Below the pieces are notes generated by a model. That model saw nothing but the letters and a program-made list of their open reading frames with translations. It had not been told where the DNA came from and did no database searches. A stretch of DNA of 31,529 nt, taken from the IMG/VR virus record IMGVR_UViG_3300033077_000655; one strand, 5' to 3'. This DNA comes from a virus. Its lineage: Duplodnaviria > Heunggongvirae > Uroviricota > Caudoviricetes. Below, in pieces: positions 25,091 through 31,529 of the stretch. Every line of letters starts with the position of its first letter. The first letter of the stretch is position 1. A program made the translations under genes and the position numbers.

Positions 25091-26418
25091 AATGAGTTGT
25101 ACCAAGTTTTTAATGCCGGAAATACCATGCCAAAGTCTTTGCCGCGACGTTGATCATATTGTGTATAAAATTGCTTAAAGTCGTTGTGTAACTTAGGCAT
25201 TTCAAATGATTCACTATGCGGAGTTTTTACCACGTCAAGATAATCAATCAGTCGTTGTAACTGGTTAATTTCATGTTCATGCAAAGATTCACTGTGTTGA
25301 TTAACCACAAGCCAGGACTCTAATGTGTGTGCATACTGCATACGTAAATTGTCGGGCAATACCAATGGTGATTGAAAACTAGGAAAGCGCAGTATGTTCA
25401 ATGTAAAACTCAATGCATCGCGCCCATATTCAGTTTTCCATTGCAACATGCATTCTAAAAATTGATCTAATGTATCCAGGCACAATGCATTGATTGTGTT
25501 CATTACATGTATACCTCGAAATTTTCCGCTGTCCAACAGTCGTTCTACATTGTTGGCCCAGTCATCCCAGACCAATCCATCTCTAATGTATTCGGCTTGT
25601 GCCCCAATGCTTTCATTGGAAGTATATATATCTACCTCGAGACCTTGTATACTGGTCATTAGCCGATCAAGATCTACTGCTGTGCCCAAGTTTGAGTTGA
25701 TGGCCAATCGTGTGTGACTGCGCCCGGGATTGTTTTTGAACCAGTCAATTAATTTCCAGGTATCACCACTCATCAGTGGCTCGCCTCCGGTTATTCGAAG
25801 TTCTTGTAGTGTTTGATGAAGATCCGTTTCCCACCATTTAAAAAATGCTTCAACATAGGGATTAGATTCACCAAACTTATACAGTTGACTAGATTCATGT
25901 ATATGAGTAAAGTGATTGCGGCCATCACTAACCAACCCTGTGTATGCTCCATGCTTTCGTATATCATTGACCCAGGTACTGCTGAAAGCAGGATTGCAAT
26001 AACTACAAGCAAACTGGCAAGTGCGGTCAAACGCAATTTCAAGTGTGCGTAAATTGACATCTTGATCAACTGGGGTGTTAAAGGCTTCATTTAATAACTC
26101 TATAGGGTAAATTTTACTCTTGTACACACGGTCACTGATGGCATCACGTCCAATGTCTTCGATCTTCCAGCAATATTCACAGCCCGACGGCCGATCACCA
26201 TGCTGCATTTGATCACGTTCAAATTTCTTTTTTGTGGTGTTATGTAATGCTGATGGATTGTGTTTGATATCATTTACGTTTATAGCATGAGCCGGGGGAT
26301 GATGACAACTGGTAGTCATGCCACTGCCTAACCAGATGGTAGCATTGTACCATTTGGCTGCACAAAAACTTTCACTTAGATTGTCTAGTACAGTGCGTTT
26401 AAAATCTAAATCGTTCAC
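25087..26418 (-). CDS. Radical SAM protein with N-terminal twitch/SPASM-like domain (subtype B)
   Basis: CAAKW...TSCHHPP, CEYC, CQFACSYC, TGGEP, INSN; GTG start overlapping the upstream TGA. Confidence 0.92.
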   Translation of the reverse strand: MNDLDFKRTVLDNLSESFCAAKWYNATIWLGSGMTTSCHHPPAHAINVNDIKHNPSALHNTTKKKFERDQMQHGDRPSGCEYCWKIEDIGRDAISDRVYKSKIYPIELLNEAFNTPVDQDVNLRTLEIAFDRTCQFACSYCNPAFSSTWVNDIRKHGAYTGLVSDGRNHFTHIHESSQLYKFGESNPYVEAFFKWWETDLHQTLQELRITGGEPLMSGDTWKLIDWFKNNPGRSHTRLAINSNLGTAVDLDRLMTSIQGLEVDIYTSNESIGAQAEYIRDGLVWDDWANNVERLLDSGKFRGIHVMNTINALCLDTLDQFLECMLQWKTEYGRDALSFTLNILRFPSFQSPLVLPDNLRMQYAHTLESWLVVNQHSESLHEHEINQLQRLIDYLDVVKTPHSESFEMPKLHNDFKQFYTQYDQRRGKDFGMVFPALKTWYNSL

Positions 26419-27530
26419 AAGTTATTTTGTATAAAGTTGGAGAAACGGGACGGAAATTCATCACGTATCTGTGGGCCTATATCAGCCATATATTGTTGAT
26501 TATACTTACTTATTGACTGGGCTGCGACCAGGAATTGATTCAGATCGCTTGAACATAAATCTTCAACCACTTGTGCCATTCGGTCTAACCGATCTTGATT
26601 GTTGTCTATTAGATCAAATGATTCGTCAATGAGAGTGTGATAAGTTTTGAATCCCATGTTATGTAGATCTCTATAGAATCCACGATTGGCCACAACCACA
26701 AACGGGTGACCCATAGCAATGGGTTTATAAATCTTTTCAGTCCGAAAACTATAAGGATAATCAAATACAGTTTCAGTTACCAAACTAAAATAGGTATCAA
26801 TGTACGGTTCGGCACGAATGTATACATCGCCCCACTGGTTGTTGAACAGTTCGTGCTTGATAAACGATTGTTGATATTGATCTTTAACACCGTCGAGATA
26901 TTGTTCTACTTCATATTCAACTGGCAATAGCTGTATCTCGGATGGTCTGCTTAGTAGATCAGTTTGATATGTGTGATGATATGCAGGAGTTGTATCTAGA
27001 TTGGTCCAAAGTGCATGTTCCAATAAATGCGCATCACGCATCTTTTCTATCATGTATTTTCTGTGAGGACGAGTGCGTCCATTTAAGAATAAAAATTTGT
27101 AAGGTTTGTTTAGTTTATGGTATATTTCATCTACACGAGTACCTTGCTCAATATTTTGTTCATAGCCCGAGACTCGATTGAGATAGCAATCGTAAACCAA
27201 ACAATTGAGTTCAGGTTCCATCTCCCCGCCTCCTATCAACAGTAATTTCCTTTGAGCAACTAGCTCTAGCAGTCCCAGTCGTTGACATTGAAGTTTAAGT
27301 ACAATCGACCCTTCACTTGGGTTGGCCAACACAGGTAAAAAGAATCCTGTAGTGGCCAATTCTTTTATCTTTATGTAATGTTGATTTACTGTTTGTCTGG
27401 CAAAGATTGTGATTGAATTGGCCTGCGGCTCATGCTGATCAAAATCCCAAAATGTATCATCTACTAGATGTTTGATTTCGGGATAAATTTCGCAGGCGGT
27501 ATCGCAAATGATCTTTCGATTATCTAGCAT
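26415..27530 (-). CDS. Putative glycosyltransferase, GT10/GT-B-like paralogue 3
   Basis: KFLFLNGRTRPHR, YFSLVTETVF...RTEKIYKPIAMGHPF...GFKTY...DESFD; no radical SAM motif. Confidence 0.6.
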   Translation of the reverse strand: MLDNRKIICDTACEIYPEIKHLVDDTFWDFDQHEPQANSITIFARQTVNQHYIKIKELATTGFFLPVLANPSEGSIVLKLQCQRLGLLELVAQRKLLLIGGGEMEPELNCLVYDCYLNRVSGYEQNIEQGTRVDEIYHKLNKPYKFLFLNGRTRPHRKYMIEKMRDAHLLEHALWTNLDTTPAYHHTYQTDLLSRPSEIQLLPVEYEVEQYLDGVKDQYQQSFIKHELFNNQWGDVYIRAEPYIDTYFSLVTETVFDYPYSFRTEKIYKPIAMGHPFVVVANRGFYRDLHNMGFKTYHTLIDESFDLIDNNQDRLDRMAQVVEDLCSSDLNQFLVAAQSISKYNQQYMADIGPQIRDEFPSRFSNFIQNNL

Positions 27531-28884
27531 GTAAACTACACTGTCTCCACCAAGTGATCATTTCTGGAAAGGTGTTTTCAAAGTTTGTACCTCTACGGCG
27601 GTCGTGTTCGGTAAAAAATCTATAGAAATCTGCCTGTGCAGTGGGTTGCGGCGGTGCCGACCTCATCCAGGCTATGTCACGTTCAAGACGTTGAACTTCG
27701 TAGTCTTTGAACCCGTGAAACGGATCATCAGCAGTTTCAAGATTTGCCAACATAAAGTCTCTGGCCTGTTCTAGTTTTGAAGCATAGCTTTCTGGTAGGG
27801 TCTGTAGACTTTGCCAAGCAGGTTGGCGTAGTACAGGCGTGTCAAACCATACACGTTGATATGTTTTACTGTGTGTGCAACGTAGAGCCAGTATCCATTG
27901 CATCAGTGGCAAAAATCCTGTTACACTTAGATTGTTCATGGTGACAATAAATGTAAGACTGTTGCGATAAGGAATGTCCGTGAGATATGTTTCTACATTG
28001 CGTTGTAATCTTTCAAAATTCAATCCATGACGTATGTATTCAGCTTGAGGTCCTATGCCTGAATCAAGACTCACATACTGCATGAAGTGTTCAATGTTGG
28101 TATTACATAGTCGTTGAACATGGTCAAAGTATTTTTGTGATAGTTCGGGCTCTACACTAAAATTTGATGTGACTGCTAAATGCAAATCACTCTTGGGATG
28201 TTCTAACACATAATCAAACACTCGATAGGTGTTTCGATCCATCAAAGGCTCACCACCGGTCATGCGAAAGTGTTTGAGTTCTGGATACAGGGTGGGCCAC
28301 CAGGACCAGAAGGCTTCTACATAAGGGTTGTGATCACGGGCAGGGATAGGCCTGCGATGGCCGCTAAAGTGCTCAGCAGCGTTATGAGGAACCAAAGTAG
28401 GAAAGGCGCCGTGGCGTTCAACTTCTTGTTGCCAGCTAGAGCTAAACTGTGGGCTACAATAGCTGCATTTAAGATTGCAAGCATTGTTGAAATTGACTTC
28501 CACATACGACGGTACAACATCTTCTTCTCCGGTTGAGTTTTTTATCTGTTCAAAATCTACTGCTGCCCAAGGTTCGCCGGATCTGTAATGACGATCACTC
28601 AGCCGGCCAAGATCTTCCATGTTCCAACAATAACTACATTCACTAGGACGTTGTTGTTGCAGCATTATCTTGCGTTGTGCTTTTTTATGCTGGGTATTAT
28701 GCAAAGCCGCAGGATTGATTGCTATTGCATCAGGATCTATTGAATGCAATGGCGGATGATAGCATGAGTTATTTAACCCTGTGGTAAGATGTAAGCTGAC
28801 CTGTTTCCATTTGGCCAAACATAATGCCGGACCAAGATCTGCATGCATCTGTTCAGCAGACGATAGAAAATTGCTTTTGCTCAC
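27520..28884 (-). CDS. Radical SAM protein with N-terminal twitch/SPASM-like domain (subtype B) (start moved from 28953 to GTG28884)
   Basis: CLAKW...NSCYHPP, CSYC, CNLKCSYC, TGGEP, VTSN, VSLDS. GTG28884 lies 5 nt after the upstream stop with GAAGG upstream. Confidence 0.9.
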   Translation of the reverse strand: MSKSNFLSSAEQMHADLGPALCLAKWKQVSLHLTTGLNNSCYHPPLHSIDPDAIAINPAALHNTQHKKAQRKIMLQQQRPSECSYCWNMEDLGRLSDRHYRSGEPWAAVDFEQIKNSTGEEDVVPSYVEVNFNNACNLKCSYCSPQFSSSWQQEVERHGAFPTLVPHNAAEHFSGHRRPIPARDHNPYVEAFWSWWPTLYPELKHFRMTGGEPLMDRNTYRVFDYVLEHPKSDLHLAVTSNFSVEPELSQKYFDHVQRLCNTNIEHFMQYVSLDSGIGPQAEYIRHGLNFERLQRNVETYLTDIPYRNSLTFIVTMNNLSVTGFLPLMQWILALRCTHSKTYQRVWFDTPVLRQPAWQSLQTLPESYASKLEQARDFMLANLETADDPFHGFKDYEVQRLERDIAWMRSAPPQPTAQADFYRFFTEHDRRRGTNFENTFPEMITWWRQCSLHAR

Positions 28885-28889
28885 AAGAA

Positions 28890-29822
28890 TTACCAACCTT
28901 CTTGCTGACGTATCACATCTATTTCTCTTACCATTACACCACGGTTGTGCCAATTGCTGCGATAATGATGTTTGAAAAATGCACTTGCTTCTACTGTGAG
29001 CATGTGCATGGGCAGATCCAATTGTGTATGCAATTCGTTGGCAATGTTGTTGCTCACATGTTCAGGTTGTTCATCTTTTACAGTATTCCATAGTTCTGCT
29101 AATGCATCAAAATTTTGTACCTGTAAGTAATCCCAGTTTGTCAGCATGGTCATATATGTGCCTTGTCGGGCGCCAGCTATGGCCCAGTATCCGTAGTCTG
29201 CATCTGCTCCCACATTGTGCCAAATAGTAAGATGGTCAAGATTGCGTTGATGCACCCGAGCTTGAAATTCAGTCACAGTGGGTCTGCGACCACGATCTAA
29301 GCACATCTTTACACCTTCTCTAAATCCTGCACGCCAAGCATGGAATGCTGATCCATTAGGGTATGTGGTTGAATAGCAGTCATGCATGGACCAGTACAGC
29401 GGATCAAAACAAAACTCAACTTGTGTTTCTGTGCGACCGTCGGTGTTTTCATGTGTGTGCATGGCTTGCACATAGGTTCTGGTCCAGGAACTCAATCCAC
29501 CATTGCCGTACATGAGTCCATTCACATGGTTACGTGCTTTCCATCTAAACACAGCATGTTCATGATCTTCAGTGGGGAATGACAGTGTTTGATTGAAGAA
29601 TTTTGGATCAGGAAGATTGTCACCATCAATCAAGATAAAACGTTCTGTGGTGCTGGCATCAGCTGCTGCTTTATGGGCAGCATCACTGCCTTTGACCCCA
29701 TCTACTCGTGTGGCCCAGGGCACCATATTCCTAATTTTAACCCAGTGTTCTTCCTTCTGTGGTTCATCATATGTTAGATAAACGCAATCCAAGTCTGCTA
29801 TATCAATTTGTGTCAACGACAT
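28890..29822 (-). CDS. Putative GT-A fold glycosyltransferase (start moved from 29867)
   Basis: CVYLTYDEP, RVDGVKGSDAAHKAAA, FILIDGDN (DxD), GLMYGNGG, AWRAGFREGVKM. Confidence 0.65.
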   Translation of the reverse strand: MSLTQIDIADLDCVYLTYDEPQKEEHWVKIRNMVPWATRVDGVKGSDAAHKAAADASTTERFILIDGDNLPDPKFFNQTLSFPTEDHEHAVFRWKARNHVNGLMYGNGGLSSWTRTYVQAMHTHENTDGRTETQVEFCFDPLYWSMHDCYSTTYPNGSAFHAWRAGFREGVKMCLDRGRRPTVTEFQARVHQRNLDHLTIWHNVGADADYGYWAIAGARQGTYMTMLTNWDYLQVQNFDALAELWNTVKDEQPEHVSNNIANELHTQLDLPMHMLTVEASAFFKHHYRSNWHNRGVMVREIDVIRQQEGW

Positions 29823-30147
29823 TTTGTTTTTTCTTCCAATATTGGCCAGGTTGCTGTGCAACCACAACAGTCACATCATTTGAATGGCAAAGTACACCAG
29901 ACTTGCCGGGTACAAGTTTAGTTATTCTGGTTTGTCGCTGGCGTACTAACTTTCCGTCAACGATCTTGACTGAGTGGTCTTGTAATGCAAACTGCTCAGG
30001 AGTGATATCAATATGCTTACCAGGTAAATCTTCATGGCTATAAAATACCGGCTCGCCAACATCATTGTAGTAGAGTCTATAATACACAGGTTTGGGGGCG
30101 GGCCACTGAATGTTTTTCCAAACTTCCAAAAATTCTTCTTCAGTCAT
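29803..30147 (-). CDS. Hypothetical protein, 114 aa (start moved from 30180)
   Basis: ATG30147 with AAGGA upstream, overlapping the upstream stop; YRLYYNDVGEP motif. Confidence 0.7.
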   Translation of the reverse strand: MTEEEFLEVWKNIQWPAPKPVYYRLYYNDVGEPVFYSHEDLPGKHIDITPEQFALQDHSVKIVDGKLVRQRQTRITKLVPGKSGVLCHSNDVTVVVAQQPGQYWKKKQNVVDTN

Positions 30148-30913
30148 TGCGCCAATCCTTCTGATGGTAATGCACTGCACCCCACTGTGCTACAGTGTTG
30201 ATTCTCAACGGATTCAATTCCCATACTAATTCTTTTGTCCAATCGTGTGTTTGAGTCGGAATCATATAGCGTTTCATGTGTACAATACATGGATATGTTG
30301 CAAAGGGCATGGTCACACGCTCCGGGCCCATGATCTGTGCTGCCATAGCATATACCAAATCAGTTGATGCAACTTCATCGGGAAATTTTAACAGAGTTTT
30401 GTAGCTGGTCCAATGTTCAAAAATCTTTCGAACCAATTGAAAAAACTCTTGTGCAGTTTCACTCACCCTCCAGTATGTTATAGCGTTATAGACGTCTGGT
30501 AAGTGGTTGGTATCAAATACTTTTCTGTAAAATCTGCTGTCGGCTGGTTGATCATAAAAGTTTCTAGCACCAGTGGATATCACAACATCCTGATGTTCAA
30601 ACATAGTCCACCAATGATCTATAGCACTGGCAATGACCATATCTGCTTCCAGTTTGATAGTTTGTCTGAACGGGCTTGCACCAAACACTTGCCAATCATT
30701 GGCATAAGGATTGTCACTTGGTAGAAATGCAAAAGTTTTATGATAGTTGAATAGGTCACAATTGTATTCTTCAGCATTGGTTAACAAACAGATTTCAGCA
30801 TCAGGATGGAAATGACGAATAGACCCAGCCAACTGATTGGCACAAGCAACATAGTCTACTGTGTCAGAGTTTTGTGCAGTAATAACATATCCGCGTTCAG
30901 ACTGGATTGGCAA
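30140..30913 (-). CDS. Putative GT-A/GT8-like glycosyltransferase
   Basis: RGYVITAQN, SIRHFHPDAEICLLT, SPFRQTIKLEADM (DxD position), YNAITYW, VHMK; TTG start with AGGAG 7 nt upstream. Confidence 0.6.
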   Translation of the reverse strand: MPIQSERGYVITAQNSDTVDYVACANQLAGSIRHFHPDAEICLLTNAEEYNCDLFNYHKTFAFLPSDNPYANDWQVFGASPFRQTIKLEADMVIASAIDHWWTMFEHQDVVISTGARNFYDQPADSRFYRKVFDTNHLPDVYNAITYWRVSETAQEFFQLVRKIFEHWTSYKTLLKFPDEVASTDLVYAMAAQIMGPERVTMPFATYPCIVHMKRYMIPTQTHDWTKELVWELNPLRINTVAQWGAVHYHQKDWRND

Positions 30914-31529
30914 TGATATCTCCTAGATGTTTCTTACCCATGGCATGAAAGTCCATGCTGTGCCAATCCATCTTTTTTGGTTGACCTTGATCTTGATACT
31001 TGATTTCAAAATGATCTGCACCAATCTGAGAGAGCACATGCTCGGGCAGCACACTGGCCAAACTCCAAGGTATGTTGTGTACGGTTAATGTGTGTCCGCT
31101 TACTATGCCCAAGGCAATGCTGAGTGCATAATCATTGCGATAATTGGAACCTTGCATGTGATATAAATCTCGGTAGTGTGTCCAGTTTTGTTTGACCATG
31201 TTCATACAATCAAAGATGTATTGTGCAGTATTGCTTTTACGGAACATCATCACTGTGGCCCACCACATGGGGAATTTATTCTGCCCAAAATAGTTTAGCC
31301 CTTCAAACTGATTGACAGCAGCAACGTCCCAGGCCAGGCGATGACACGCAAAGTCTTGCGACATATCAAGCACATTTTTTAATTCACTACTGCAAACAAC
31401 ATAGTCAGCATCTAGCACTAGGGTTTGATCCCAAGGAGTTAGACTATATGCATCTGTTCGGCCGGCATTGTACCATGTGATAGTTTCTTTGTAATCATCA
31501 AAATATCGTATGCCGTCGCTTGCAGGATC
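30897..31529 (-). CDS. Putative GT-A/GT8-like glycosyltransferase, 5'-truncated by the window edge
   Basis: The frame is open from 31529 (DPASDGIRYFDDYKETITWYNAGRTDAYSLTPWDQTLVLDADY). It has TPWDQTLVLDADY (DxD), WATVMMFRK and RNDYALSIA, and is paralogous to 30140..30913. Confidence 0.65.
   Translation of the reverse strand, partial: DPASDGIRYFDDYKETITWYNAGRTDAYSLTPWDQTLVLDADYVVCSSELKNVLDMSQDFACHRLAWDVAAVNQFEGLNYFGQNKFPMWWATVMMFRKSNTAQYIFDCMNMVKQNWTHYRDLYHMQGSNYRNDYALSIALGIVSGHTLTVHNIPWSLASVLPEHVLSQIGADHFEIKYQDQGQPKKMDWHSMDFHAMGKKHLGDIIANPV

Noticed and set aside
19491-28884. Assigning the radical SAM genes to MoaA, PqqE, AnSME, QueE or NrdG
   Set aside because: The domain order is inverted relative to the C-terminal SPASM/twitch families, and none of the partner genes (moaC, pqqD, sulfatase, queCD, nrdD) is in the window.
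16882-28884. A conventional RiPP biosynthetic cluster
   Set aside because: No RRE/PqqD domain, peptidase or exporter was recognised, the only short peptide lacks an acidic leader, and the neighbours are sugar enzymes. It is retained only as a weak alternative for the 33-aa ORF.
1-31529. Stop-codon reassignment (TAG appears as a stop only once among the called genes, at 23384)
   Set aside because: All genes read full-length in the standard code. Reading through the single TAG would not fuse in frame to the next gene, and the protein ends at the same PEL-type motif as its paralogues.
10060-31529. A bacterial O-antigen or capsule locus, or a eukaryotic giant-virus segment
   Set aside because: No flippase, polymerase, ABC exporter or other polytopic membrane protein is seen. 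SD sites, sigma70 promoters, overlapping operon structure, the HNH gene and many small unknown genes fit a bacteriophage better. This remains an inference until flanking hallmark genes are seen.
1-31529. tRNA, rRNA or structured ncRNA genes
   Set aside because: All intergenic gaps are about 110 bp or shorter and are accounted for by promoters or hairpins; no cloverleaf or T-loop/CCA pattern was recognised by eye. tRNAscan-SE or Infernal would be needed to exclude these formally.

Overview
This window is most likely part of a large tailed bacteriophage genome. That is an inference: it carries thyX, a free-standing HNH endonuclease, a MoxR/VWA pair, near-consensus sigma70 promoters with Shine-Dalgarno sites and very dense gene packing, but no virion hallmark gene. 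It has three zones. (1) 1-5.9 kb: an early-type region of small unknown genes plus a MoxR-like AAA ATPase and a metallopeptidase-VWA protein, with five TTGACC-N17-TAYAAT promoters, three of them in near-identical ~50-60 bp cassettes. (2) 5.9-10 kb: unknown genes, thyX and a solitary radical SAM enzyme. (3) 10-31.5 kb: a sugar-modification supercluster. It contains an NDP-sugar SDR, a DegT-type aminotransferase (an HNH gene sits between these two), a NodU/CmcH/TobZ-type carbamoyltransferase, three GT10-like paralogues, two GT-A-like and two GT8-like proteins, a 33-aa ORF missing from the track, and six radical SAM enzymes. All seven radical SAM proteins in the window carry their Cys-rich twitch/SPASM-like domain N-terminal to the CxxxCxxC core and fall into two motif-defined subtypes. 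No tRNA, rRNA or CRISPR array was recognised. Several ORF-track starts were corrected using RBS and overlap evidence. All family assignments come from motif reading by eye; no database search was run.
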